From Pseudomonadota bacterium (lineage in GTDB: Bacteria; Pseudomonadota; Gammaproteobacteria; Steroidobacterales; Steroidobacteraceae), in contig JAYTQU010000012.1 in NCBI GenBank assembly GCA_043746555.1, positions 1-60,079 of the forward strand: a stretch of 60,079 nucleotides of DNA, written 5' to 3'. The translations under genes were made by a program, and so were the position numbers. Positions 1-10,738 of this stretch are shown piece by piece; within the stretch, counting starts at the first letter, position 1, and every line of letters starts with the position of its first letter. Under the pieces are notes generated by a model that was given only the letters and a program-made list of their open reading frames with translations, ran no database searches and had not been told where the DNA came from.

Positions 1-86
1 GGAAACTTTCGTTTCCGTCTTAGGCTAAGGCAATCCCTGATTTTCTCGTTGTGCAGAAACAACGCGTGCGATGCGATCTCGCGCCA

Positions 87-2066
87 TTACGATGTCGAAC
101 CGATAAACGGCGGTAACGGGCAGTGCAGAGTGGCGCAGACCGTGCGGAGTAGTTCGGCTTCCTGCACCGTTAGTTTGCTGTCGTGGGAAATAGTTTTGAC
201 GAGCGCTTGGATCAACATTTCCTTCGCGGCCGGCAGCAGTCGATCGAGTTTATTGAGCGCCATATCGAGTCGATTAGACCAATTCGTTGTCGGTGCAAAC
301 TCGGGACGGCTGCGCGGCAACAGTGACGACATTCCCGCTTCGTAAGCAAGACGCGCTTCTTGCGCATCGTCAGCGCCGGCTTGGGCCAAGACGGTAAACA
401 AGATCGCCAATTCGTCGGCATTCACATCGAGGGTCGCGCGTCCGGGAAACAGCGGTGCCTGTAACGATTCGCGTAGATGAAGTTGCGCTAGTTTACGCAA
501 TGCATATTTGTCGATGTCCACTCGTCCTTCGCGCTGCAAAAGCCCGGTTAGACAGGTTAGTAAAGAAGTGCGGTCAGTATTGCTCAGTCGACGCAGCGTT
601 GGAAACAGTCGCAGCAAAGCCGGTTGTCGTTGCGTCGCGTTCAGCTCGCGCACGGACGGCAACCACTTTGCCACCGCCGCTGCGACTTCCGCACCGAGCT
701 GCACGCCAATGAATTTCAATTGCCGGACTTGAGCCTCTGCGTCGTCGTCCAACGCGAGTGCGAAGAACAGTCCGCGCGCCGACTCGACATCGGCAGCGGC
801 TTGAACGATGTCATCCGGCAGCGACGCAAAAATAGCCTGTGCCGTTTCAATATGCGCGGGACTTGGGTTACCCACCATTTGCGCGATGGCCGCCGGTGCA
901 ACGCCAACTCCCATGCCAACACCGCCGCCGATCAAGTTGTTCAATCGATCCTTTGACGTATCGGACGAGACGTCCGATCGATTGTCGTCTTGCGCATCCT
1001 CTTTCGATGCCGTACGCGCCGAAACCTGCGCCGTTAACTTCTGGCGCATCTCTGAAAATTCACTTTCGCGAAAGCTGGGGTCGATCGCGCGCAATCGAGT
1101 AACCAGCGGCGGATGTGTCGCGAACAGTCGACTCATGCCGGGCGCGAATAACATGTGCGCGATTTCGTCTGCATGAGCCTCGCGCAATTGCGATCCCGAT
1201 TCCCATGCGCCGATCTTGACCAACGCGCCGCGAAGTCCCAGCGGATCGCGCGTGAACTGCACGGCCGATGCATCGGCCAGCGATTCACGACTGCGAGCTA
1301 CCGCCGCTTGAATAAGCCGTCCGAAAAATAAACCGACGTATCCGATCACCATGATGGCGAATGCGGTTAGCAAGATTGCCACGACAGCACCGCCATTTTT
1401 ACGCCCGCCGCTCCGCGGCGCGATGCGCAATACAAATTGTCCAGCAAGCGCGATCACGAGGATGCCGAACAACAAACCCATCAGTTTGATGTTGAGGCGC
1501 ATGTCGCCATTAAGCAGATGGCTAAATTCGTGGGCGATGACGCCCTGCAATTCGGTGCGCGTTAATGTATCGAGCGCCCCGCGTGTCACCGCGATCGCGG
1601 CATTCGCGGGTGCATGCCCGGCAGCAAAGGCATTGATGCCGGTTTCTTGCTCCAGAACATAAACCTCCGGCATGGGCACGCCCGAAGCGATCGCCATTTC
1701 CTCGACAACGTTAAGCAGCCGCTGTTGCGCGACATCGTGCGTATCGCGATGCACTCGTTCGCCGCCAGCCGCCAACGCCACCGCGCTGCCGCCGGCGCGA
1801 AGCACGCCGCTCTTGTAAAGACTGGCGATAGTGATAATCGCCAACACAATGAGCGTCGTCCCAATCAGCGGGCCGCTGAAGTCGTTGCTTGAGAATGCGA
1901 GGTTGACGTCATCGTAAGACTGAAATCGACGCTGCCGGTAAAGCGTCAAAACGATCGCGACAACGCCATCGACGGCAACGACGATGGCCGTCACTGCAAT
2001 CACAAACAGCACGACCCACTGTCGCGACGTATTACGTGCGGCGGCTTGACGCTCGAAGAAGTTCAT
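87..2066 (-). CDS. M48-family (HtpX-like) zinc metallopeptidase, membrane-anchored, with a ~330-aa C-terminal extension
   Basis: 659-aa ORF. It has hydrophobic N-terminal segments and the HEXXH site IAHEFSHLLNGD (nt 1518-1532). It starts 6 nt after the LemA gene stop, a recurrent LemA/M48 gene pairing. Confidence 0.85.
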   Translation of the reverse strand: MNFFERQAAARNTSRQWVVLFVIAVTAIVVAVDGVVAIVLTLYRQRRFQSYDDVNLAFSSNDFSGPLIGTTLIVLAIITIASLYKSGVLRAGGSAVALAAGGERVHRDTHDVAQQRLLNVVEEMAIASGVPMPEVYVLEQETGINAFAAGHAPANAAIAVTRGALDTLTRTELQGVIAHEFSHLLNGDMRLNIKLMGLLFGILVIALAGQFVLRIAPRSGGRKNGGAVVAILLTAFAIMVIGYVGLFFGRLIQAAVARSRESLADASAVQFTRDPLGLRGALVKIGAWESGSQLREAHADEIAHMLFAPGMSRLFATHPPLVTRLRAIDPSFRESEFSEMRQKLTAQVSARTASKEDAQDDNRSDVSSDTSKDRLNNLIGGGVGMGVGVAPAAIAQMVGNPSPAHIETAQAIFASLPDDIVQAAADVESARGLFFALALDDDAEAQVRQLKFIGVQLGAEVAAAVAKWLPSVRELNATQRQPALLRLFPTLRRLSNTDRTSLLTCLTGLLQREGRVDIDKYALRKLAQLHLRESLQAPLFPGRATLDVNADELAILFTVLAQAGADDAQEARLAYEAGMSSLLPRSRPEFAPTTNWSNRLDMALNKLDRLLPAAKEMLIQALVKTISHDSKLTVQEAELLRTVCATLHCPLPPFIGSTS

Positions 2067-2072
2067 CGGGCG

Positions 2073-2657
2073 TTACGAGAAGCTCACCTTCGGCGCGGTG
2101 CGCTTGTCTGCCGATTCAATTTGTAATAACTGCGCTTCCGAAAAACCGCCGATATTGGCGACAATGGTGTTGGGAAACATCTCGCGCTTGGTGTTGTAGC
2201 TCATCACCGCATCGTTGTAAGCCTGACGTGAGAACGCCACTTTGTTTTCGGTCGAAGTCAGTTCCTCCGATAGCTGCATCATATTTTGATTGGCTTTGAG
2301 GTCCGGATACGCCTCGGCAACGGCGAATAATTTTCCGAGCGCGCCGGTCAGTTGATTTTCCGCTCCCGCCAATTGTTGTACGGCGGTCGGATCTCCCGGC
2401 TTGGCAGTCGCCGCCTTCAATCCCGCCATGGCCATATTGCGCGCCGAGATTACGGCTTCGAGCGTTTCGCGCTCATGTTTCATGTAGCCCTTGGCCGTCT
2501 CGACCAAATTAGGGATTAAATCGTAGCGACGCGTAAGCTGCACATCGATTTGTGCGAAGGCATTTTTGTATCCGTTGCGCGCGGTCACCAACCCATTGAA
2601 GATGCCGATAAGGTAAAGAAAGACGAGAACCAGAATGATCAATATCAGCCAGCTCAT
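2073..2657 (-). CDS. lemA: LemA family membrane protein
   Basis: The ORF contains the typical LemA sequence MSWLILIILVLVFLYLIGIFNGLV..AQIDVQLTRRYDLIPNLVETAKGY. I prefer the internal ATG at 2657 because AGGAG lies 7-8 nt upstream; the ORF-track start at 2723 adds 22 non-conserved residues. Confidence 0.85.
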   Translation of the reverse strand: MSWLILIILVLVFLYLIGIFNGLVTARNGYKNAFAQIDVQLTRRYDLIPNLVETAKGYMKHERETLEAVISARNMAMAGLKAATAKPGDPTAVQQLAGAENQLTGALGKLFAVAEAYPDLKANQNMMQLSEELTSTENKVAFSRQAYNDAVMSYNTKREMFPNTIVANIGGFSEAQLLQIESADKRTAPKVSFS

Positions 2658-2726
2658 GGCGACAACTCCTGAATTAGTCCAAGCAATAAAAAGCAGATCC
2701 AAAATCGGTTTGTTAGTGGTCAATCT

Positions 2727-4013
2727 TCAATCGCCGACCGTCAACGCGCGCTGCAACATTTCCTGCACGCCGCCGCGCGCCACTTCGCTTTGCAACCATT
2801 GATCCACTTGTTTCGCCAGCGGCGATCCACGCGGCAACAAAATCGCCTTTGCCGTATTAGTCAAATTTCCGGTCATTGTGCGACATAGCTCTTTATGTCG
2901 ATGCGATTGCAATGCTACTTCCACGCCGTCGGTAATCATCACGTCGGCGCGGCCGGCAACGATTTCATCGAACACCGTGCGATTGTCGGGGAACACTATC
3001 ACCTGCGCGTGCTTGATATGCTCGTGCACAAATTGTTCGTTGGTTCCACCCGGATTCACGATGACTCTCACTTGCGATTTATCGATGTCGTCCAAATTGC
3101 CGAAACGAGCGCGATCTTCGCATCGTGCGATGGCTGTTTTGCCGTCAAGGTGATAGGCGGTCGAAAATTCCGCGCGAGCGGCTCGTTCCGGCGTATTGGA
3201 GATTCCGCTGATGGCCAAATCGAAGCGCCCGGCTTCGAGGTCGGACATTAACGTCGGCCACGAGGTGCGCACAAATCGCGGCGTCAACTCCAACTGAAGT
3301 GCAAGCGCTTGCGCCAGTTCGATGTCCAATCCCCGTAACTCACCGTTATGCAATTCGCTGAAAGGCGGGTAATCGCCGGTGGTGCCGATGCGCAGAACAT
3401 GCAGTCGTGCGAGCGCGTCGATCTTCCCTGGAGTCGCGCGAATATCATGCAGAGCGGCGCGCAACTCGGCCAAATCCTGGGCGGTAACGCCACGATAGGA
3501 CGCAATATGCCGGAGCGTTTTAGCGATGGCTTCGTTGACTGCCATCTCCGGAAGCGCCTCGTGCGCCCAGTAGAGCGCCGCCAACTGCGCTTCACCTAGA
3601 TTGTCGAGCGCCGGCCTAAGATCGGTGTTTAAGTCGCGAACGATTTGTTCACGAGGTAGCTCGCTCCGCCGCCATTCCTCGAAATATTCCAACTCCATAT
3701 TGCGCGCCATTTGAATTTGAATTTCAAACACGCGCTGCACGGAGTCGGATGTCAGTCCGAGTTCGCGTGCGCGCGCTAGATTTCGTTCCAACACGAGATG
3801 CTCGCGCGCTGTATCGACAACCGGCTCTTGGTGCGCCCATTTCCAGGCCGCAACGTCTGCCATCAAGCCTAACCGTGCGTCGATATTTTCGTATACACGC
3901 GCGACATCGTCCGCCGCATCCGCAAACTGCGGTGCAGCGAAAGCATTGTTGCCAACGACCAAAAGGATCGCGATGCGAATAGCGACATCGCGCACCAGGT
4001 GCAGAACTTTCAC
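2727..4013 (-). CDS. Exported bifunctional chorismate mutase (AroQ, secreted type) / cyclohexadienyl dehydratase (PheC-like, SBP family 3) fusion
   Basis: 428 aa. GTG start with GAGG 5 nt upstream, followed by a signal peptide. Residues ~35-195 resemble secreted chorismate mutases (DARLGLMADVAAWKW..VVDTAREHLVLER). Residues ~203-428 match the PheC pattern (LRIGTTGDYPPFSE, TSWPTLMSDLEAGRFDLAISGIS, VNPGGTNEQF, ADVMITDGVE). Confidence 0.75.
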   Translation of the reverse strand: MKVLHLVRDVAIRIAILLVVGNNAFAAPQFADAADDVARVYENIDARLGLMADVAAWKWAHQEPVVDTAREHLVLERNLARARELGLTSDSVQRVFEIQIQMARNMELEYFEEWRRSELPREQIVRDLNTDLRPALDNLGEAQLAALYWAHEALPEMAVNEAIAKTLRHIASYRGVTAQDLAELRAALHDIRATPGKIDALARLHVLRIGTTGDYPPFSELHNGELRGLDIELAQALALQLELTPRFVRTSWPTLMSDLEAGRFDLAISGISNTPERAARAEFSTAYHLDGKTAIARCEDRARFGNLDDIDKSQVRVIVNPGGTNEQFVHEHIKHAQVIVFPDNRTVFDEIVAGRADVMITDGVEVALQSHRHKELCRTMTGNLTNTAKAILLPRGSPLAKQVDQWLQSEVARGGVQEMLQRALTVGD

Positions 4014-4120
4014 GAGACCTCGCCGACTAGACCGGTAGGCGAGAAGATGCGGCAGTTAGGGCCGCGTGGCAAGAGCTTAGTTTTACCTATGCCCCTGCTT
4101 TGCTTTGGGCAAGACCGTTT

Positions 4121-4378
4121 CTACCGCTTGCCGAACAACCGCGCGAAGAACGAGGGCTTGAAACCATCAACCTGCAATCCGCCCATCTTGGGCAACGTAA
4201 TGTCCGACAGATCGAGCTTGAGGACGGCGGCTTCTTCAGTGCCCATCAGTAATTTGCGCCCTGGTTCGTTGCGTGTCGATTCGCCGTGTTGCCCGTTTAA
4301 TTGCCGTGCGGCGGCGGTTCGTTGCTGTGCACCGTTGTTGCGCTGCGTCGAGCCAGTTGCGGAAGTCGCTGAAGTCAT
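4121..4378 (-). CDS. Hypothetical small protein (85 aa), function unknown
   Basis: The ATG at 4378 is preceded by GGGAGA. It lies downstream of, and co-oriented with, the CpxRA-like pair. I recognise no motif, and the longer ORF-track version (to 4531) looks spurious. Confidence 0.3.
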   Translation of the reverse strand: MTSATSATGSTQRNNGAQQRTAAARQLNGQHGESTRNEPGRKLLMGTEEAAVLKLDLSDITLPKMGGLQVDGFKPSFFARLFGKR

Positions 4379-4637
4379 CGCGTTGTCTCCCAAACATTTT
4401 TGCGTGGACGGTAAAAACTCACCGTGGGATGGGAGGCTAGTGGAATGACTGCCGGTGCGCACGTGACGGGGGTCACGTTGGCGAACACTATTCGGTGAAA
4501 TCCGCGCCGTTGCGCGAGTTCCCGCACGCAATCAACGAGTCTGTGAAGTGTTATGTCTGCAAGCTGTCGCGGGCGAACGACGCGAAACGCGCATCACACG
4601 ATTTCGAAAACGCAGCTCGCGAGCGATGACGCTCAAG

Positions 4638-6008
4638 TTACGCCGCAAGCGGCAATTCGATTTCGACTATCAAACCTTTGTCGGGCGCATTGCGTGCACT
4701 CACGCGACCGCCATAAACATTGACGACACGCGCGGCGATGGTGAGCCCCAGGCCGCCTCCCGTGCTACCGCGATCGTTGGCACCCATCACACGGTGGAAA
4801 GGCTCGAAGATTCTTTCCAACTCGTTTTCAGGTACTCCGCAACCTTGATCGCGGATCGTGACCACCGCCTGTTGCGCTCGCAATTGCAACGCAACATCTA
4901 CTTTGGACGCATGGTCGGTAAACCGAATAGCGTTGCGAATAACATTTTCGATCGCGCTACGCAGCAGTTCATGATTTCCGAGCACCTCTGCTCGAACCAC
5001 CGGCGTGAACTCCACTTTGATATTTTCGGCACGCGCTTCCAAGCGCGCATCGTCCACGACTTCGGACAGTAGATGCCCCAGTTCGATTCGCTGCCGCAAC
5101 CGACTTGGGTCGTCGTTCGTCAAACTCGACAGCCGCAGAATTTGCCCGATTAGATTATCGAGACGCTCGGTCTCGCGTTCCATGCGATCCATTTCGCGAG
5201 CGATGTCGGCGCCGTCGCGACGCGCCAAACTCAAGGCAACCCGCAATCGCGCGAGCGGCGAACGCAATTCGTGCGACACGTAGCGCAACAATGTTTCCTT
5301 TGCGGCAAGCAATTGTCGCAAGCGTTCCGCCATTTGGTCGAAATCGCGGGCCAACACGCCGAGTTCGTCTCTACGTTTTGCGACTTCCGGCGCGGCACGT
5401 GTATCGAGATGACCGGCCGCGAGCGCGCGAGTGCTCGCCTGTAACGAGGTGACTGGACGACTCAGGTAACGAGCCAACCACCAGCACGCCAACGCGCTAA
5501 CCCCCGATGCAATCAACAACAGAATCAAGCCCGCTCCGGGCCCGCCCAAAATATCGATCGGCGACCAACCGAGATAGGCGAAGAAAAACGTGTACACCGC
5601 GCCATCCACACCGACGATCTGCGGCGTTGCACGCAGCGGATCGGGGATCAGCGGCGGCGGATTACCGTCGGCGTCAGCGAGAAATCCCAGCGCGCCCATG
5701 CGACGAACGCGCCGCGCGATCCGCTCCGTGAGCGGACGATGCAAAATATCCGCGCCATGCATATCGATTATGTACGTGCGCATTCCCGTTTCGTTCTTCC
5801 ACACTTGTCGCGTCCAGTCTTGTAGCGCCGGTAGTCCGCCCTTCTTTAGCGATATCAGCGCATTGTCGGCAACGTCGCTCGCTTCGATATTTTGAATAGT
5901 ACCGGTGCGCTGCCAAGCGACGAATGCCGTGAGCACACTCCCGGCGACGACAATCAATCCCATCGCAAACCAAAACGATAAAAAGATTCGGAGGAAGAGC
6001 GAGTTCAT
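4638..6008 (-). CDS. cpxA: Two-component sensor histidine kinase (CpxA-like: 2 TM, HAMP, HisKA, HATPase_c)
   Basis: 456 aa. H-box is YVSHELRSPLARL; N/G boxes are NVIRNAIRF, DQGCGVP and GGGLGLTIA. It lies 27 nt downstream of the CpxR-like regulator. Confidence 0.8.
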   Translation of the reverse strand: MNSLFLRIFLSFWFAMGLIVVAGSVLTAFVAWQRTGTIQNIEASDVADNALISLKKGGLPALQDWTRQVWKNETGMRTYIIDMHGADILHRPLTERIARRVRRMGALGFLADADGNPPPLIPDPLRATPQIVGVDGAVYTFFFAYLGWSPIDILGGPGAGLILLLIASGVSALACWWLARYLSRPVTSLQASTRALAAGHLDTRAAPEVAKRRDELGVLARDFDQMAERLRQLLAAKETLLRYVSHELRSPLARLRVALSLARRDGADIAREMDRMERETERLDNLIGQILRLSSLTNDDPSRLRQRIELGHLLSEVVDDARLEARAENIKVEFTPVVRAEVLGNHELLRSAIENVIRNAIRFTDHASKVDVALQLRAQQAVVTIRDQGCGVPENELERIFEPFHRVMGANDRGSTGGGLGLTIAARVVNVYGGRVSARNAPDKGLIVEIELPLAA

Positions 6009-6035
6009 GGCGAGCGAGTCCGTTATCGAACGAAA

Positions 6036-6833
6036 CTAACTGGGAGTCGAATCGTTCGAGTCGGTTGACGGCGCGTTAGAAGCACCGTTCGACGAACCAT
6101 CCGGCGCTGCGTCGGACCGAGTTTCAGCATGCGCCGCCAGCACATATCCTGCGCCGCGAATGCTGCGGATTTCAGGCAGGCCGGACTGCCCGAGTCCCAA
6201 CTTGCGACGCAGATTGCTCACGTGAGTGTCGATGCTGCGATCGTACGGCGTGAGTTTTCTACCCAGCACTCGCTCGGTCAAACTCTCGCGCGACTGAACC
6301 TGTCCGGCCGAGCGCATCAACAATTCGAGCACGCGAAATTCCGTGCCCGTTAGGCGCACTGCTTTGCCCAACAAAGTAACTTCCAACGTCGCCGGATCGA
6401 GCCAAATCGGACCGACCGTCACCGGCGCGGCCGGAGCTTCGCTGTCGCGCGAAGAGAATCTTCGTAACACCGCGCGGGTTCGAGCCACTAATTCGCGCGG
6501 ATTAAAAGGCTTGGCCAAATAATCGTCGGCGCCTAATTCCAAGCCGACGATGCGATCCACATCCGCGCCATGCGCCGTCAACATCACGACCGGTACGGAC
6601 AGCGTGCGCCGCAATCGTCGCAACACATCGAAACCGTTCAATGACGGCAACATCACATCGAGAATTACTAGGTCGTAGGTTTCGGTGGCCAACTTGTCGA
6701 GCGCCTCCAAGCCGTCGCGTGCGATCGTGACCCGAAAGCCCTCGCCGCCGAGATATTCATTGAGCATTTGACCCAGCTCGCGGTCGTCATCCACGAGCAA
6801 AAGCGAAGGCATGTTGGCGCGGTCGGCTTGCAT
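6036..6833 (-). CDS. cpxR: OmpR-family response regulator, CpxR-like, with a Ser/Asp-rich C-terminal tail
   Basis: LLLVDDDRELGQML and GLELGADDYLAKPFNPRELVARTRAVLRR closely follow the E. coli CpxR pattern, and a winged-helix C-terminus is present. An alternative start at 6812 (MPSLLLVDDD) is equally plausible. Confidence 0.8.
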   Translation of the reverse strand: MQADRANMPSLLLVDDDRELGQMLNEYLGGEGFRVTIARDGLEALDKLATETYDLVILDVMLPSLNGFDVLRRLRRTLSVPVVMLTAHGADVDRIVGLELGADDYLAKPFNPRELVARTRAVLRRFSSRDSEAPAAPVTVGPIWLDPATLEVTLLGKAVRLTGTEFRVLELLMRSAGQVQSRESLTERVLGRKLTPYDRSIDTHVSNLRRKLGLGQSGLPEIRSIRGAGYVLAAHAETRSDAAPDGSSNGASNAPSTDSNDSTPS

Positions 6834-7270
6834 AAGATTGATCCGCTTGTTAATTGAGTTGACTTGAAAGTTAGAGAAGTCGTTGGGTCCGATGGAGCCG
6901 GAAGCTCGATTAACCGAGGACGGATTCTCACTCTATTCGCTGCCGCGTGAAAGCGCGTTGGCGACACTCTAGGAGTGTTATGCCCCGTTTTGCAATTCTT
7001 TGCTCGGCATGGAGCTTTGCGCTGGGAGCTAAATTGCGAGCGACCATGGTCGTACGATCCCGGCACAGCGGTCCTACAGTCGTAGTCGAGGACTTCGAGA
7101 CCGTGACACTCTCGTAGCTTTCTCAGTTAACACTCGGTATAGTCCGCTCGCTTTCAAGCTTTCGTCCGGTCAGCTTTACCTGCGAGACAAACAATCTCGC
7201 CTCTCTTAAGTTCCTGCCTCCCCGGATCGCCAAACTTATTTGTTTGCGTAGGCCGGATGAGGTTTTTTCA

Positions 7271-8551
<1,281 letters not shown>

Positions 8552-8870
8552 TTGGCACCGACGAAAAGCACGTCGCCAACACAAACCCCAAAACCGTGCT
8601 CGTTGTTTCGAGGGTGAGCACAACTCCCTTACACCACCACAACCCGCGCTCCACGTTGGGTGGGTGAGTGGAGAGCGGCTCACGACGTTCAGATTGTCGC
8701 AACGAAATTCGATTGCGCATTGCACGTCGGTTCTCGCGACGTCGCAGCGCGGTTAATCGTCGTTTCAGATCACGACAACGCAACGTCGCGGGCACAATCA
8801 AATGATCAATCGATGACGTCCATCGAAGGGCAGCCGCACTCCAATCGCCCGCCCCGCGGCGAGCGCCAAA

Positions 8871-10664
8871 CTACTCCCCCAATACTCCGTATTTGAACAA
8901 CACGTATTGAGACTTGCGGTTGTCGCGAATCTTCTTGGCAATCGAGTCGTGCAATGCTTCGGTCCAGGTCGTCCAGCGATCGATGAAGGCTTCGGCGGCG
9001 GTGCGGTCGCCGTCATACTGAATTTTCAAAACCGCTTCGAGCATTTCGGCGACCGCCGCCGGAAATCGATCGTAGTGAATCATAATCACGTCGTTGACCG
9101 GCTCGATCTCGAACACGCCTTTATCGAGGAACCAATTGAACTGCATGAGTTGCATCGTTTGATACGCTTGCTCGCGGCGTGGCTTCGCATCTTGAAACGT
9201 TCGATCAAGACCGCTCGCGTACACCGTCACTTTATCGTGCTCGGAATAGATGCCCACCTTTTGCAGCAGCGGTGCGGCAAATAGCGAAACTAAATCCGCT
9301 TTGAGTTCTTCAAATGTGTCCGCTGAAGACTGCAACGCGACATCGAGCGGCCGGCCGCGACGATCGCGATTCACGCCTAAGTAGTGACCGATCTCGTGCC
9401 ATAACGTGCGATTGAGTTCGCCTTCTTCGGTGAAGTCGCCATCGAATGGCGACCCCATTAGCGCTTTCCAAGCCGATTGCGCATTGTCGAACAGTTCCGG
9501 ATTGCGCAGGATGTTGGCGCGCAACATCACTCTTCTACCGTAACGCCTTGTATACAACGGATCGTTCGGCAGCGCCGTCGCGGTATTTTTGCCGCGCGCC
9601 TGACCGAAATCGGCGATCACGTCGTACACGCCAATGGCGATCTCGCTGCTCACTTTTCTATGTTGCGGCGACGGCAATGCATCTTCGATGGTTTGCAAAT
9701 CGCGCACGGCTTCTCGCAGTTTCTTACTTGCCGCTTCGTCGCGTATCAGCAAGCTCATCGACATGAACGCCTTCGCGCCGAACATCGCATCGTCATACTT
9801 TTCGTACGATCCGATTTGCGCATTCAAATGCTTGAAATTGCCGGTGACCCACGAGGCATCACCGCTTTCGTAATCGTCACTCAATAGATCGCGCGCGCGA
9901 TTGCGAAGGTAGTCCGCAAATTCAAGATCGCTGCTCTCGACGGCGCGCGCGGCATTATTCAAACGTTGATAGATCCGCACGATATCAGGCGCCCATCTAA
10001 CCGACTGTGGCAGCGCGTAGAGTTGGGTGGTATCTTCGGGAGTGCGCAAGCCTTCAAGCTTGCGACGCAATCCCGGATGCAATAAATCGAGCGCGGGATA
10101 TTTCGCGAGCGTATCGAGATCGTGCTTGAGATTTTCCGCGGTGGCGCGCCGCACCACCGTGCGTGCTGCCATCAGCGATTCGCGTTCATCGGGATGCGCC
10201 AAAATAAACGCTTCGATTTCGCCGCGATTGGAATCGAGCGGATAAATATTTCGAGTCGGCGTTTCGGGATTCACCGGCAGGAACGCCTCGCGGCGATTGT
10301 CGGGCGTGGTGGCGATCGGGCCTTTGAATAGGCGAAATAGATCGAGTAACGACTGCGTTTCGTGCGATTGCTCAGGATTCGCGCTCAATTGCAGCAGCGT
10401 GTCGTAGGCTTCCAAGGCTTGCGGATGACGCGCATCTTCGTAGATTCGTTGGATCAACTTTCCCGCTTCGACCAACTCCGAAACCGCGCGGCGTTCGCCG
10501 GGCGATAAATCGTTGAGCGACGGCGCCAGTCGCACCGTCTGCGTGAGATCGAGCACTTCCGGCGTGCGCTCCGGCGGCCAAAAACCGGGCGGCAATTCGT
10601 CGGCGTCGGAAAATTGCAGAGCCGCGCTCGCCATTGCGAGAGCGACAAAAATGATGATGCGCAT
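8871..10664 (-). CDS. Secreted zinc metallopeptidase, DPP III (M49)-like with a pentapeptide HEXXH motif
   Basis: 597 aa with a signal peptide MRIIIFVALAMASAA. WHEIGHYLG (nt 9384-9398) and FEELKADLVS (nt 9294-9311) resemble the two M49 zinc-binding motifs. Confidence 0.55.
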   Translation of the reverse strand: MRIIIFVALAMASAALQFSDADELPPGFWPPERTPEVLDLTQTVRLAPSLNDLSPGERRAVSELVEAGKLIQRIYEDARHPQALEAYDTLLQLSANPEQSHETQSLLDLFRLFKGPIATTPDNRREAFLPVNPETPTRNIYPLDSNRGEIEAFILAHPDERESLMAARTVVRRATAENLKHDLDTLAKYPALDLLHPGLRRKLEGLRTPEDTTQLYALPQSVRWAPDIVRIYQRLNNAARAVESSDLEFADYLRNRARDLLSDDYESGDASWVTGNFKHLNAQIGSYEKYDDAMFGAKAFMSMSLLIRDEAASKKLREAVRDLQTIEDALPSPQHRKVSSEIAIGVYDVIADFGQARGKNTATALPNDPLYTRRYGRRVMLRANILRNPELFDNAQSAWKALMGSPFDGDFTEEGELNRTLWHEIGHYLGVNRDRRGRPLDVALQSSADTFEELKADLVSLFAAPLLQKVGIYSEHDKVTVYASGLDRTFQDAKPRREQAYQTMQLMQFNWFLDKGVFEIEPVNDVIMIHYDRFPAAVAEMLEAVLKIQYDGDRTAAEAFIDRWTTWTEALHDSIAKKIRDNRKSQYVLFKYGVLGE

Positions 10665-10738
10665 TCCTATAAGAGTACCGCAAAGCGCGCGCGCCGTGTT
10701 CGCACCTGCTTTATCGATTCATGCGCCGGCGGTCTGCA

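Noticed and set aside
1-16. GGAAAC-TTTC-GTTTCC hairpin just downstream of the M48 gene
   Set aside because: It sits at the very edge of the window, so any U-tract or further context is cut off. I cannot distinguish a terminator from chance.
6668-7066. 132-aa ORF in the cpxR-rhlE intergenic region
   Set aside because: It overlaps the 5' end of the regulator gene out of frame, has no motif and has a poor composition. The region is more likely promoter and 5'-UTR DNA for the divergent genes.
8552-8870. 320-nt convergent intergenic region after rhlE, examined for an sRNA, tRNA or terminator
   Set aside because: It holds only an imperfect hairpin (GTTGGC..GCCAAC, about 8549-8580) without a U-tract, and there are no tRNA-like T-loop or anticodon features.
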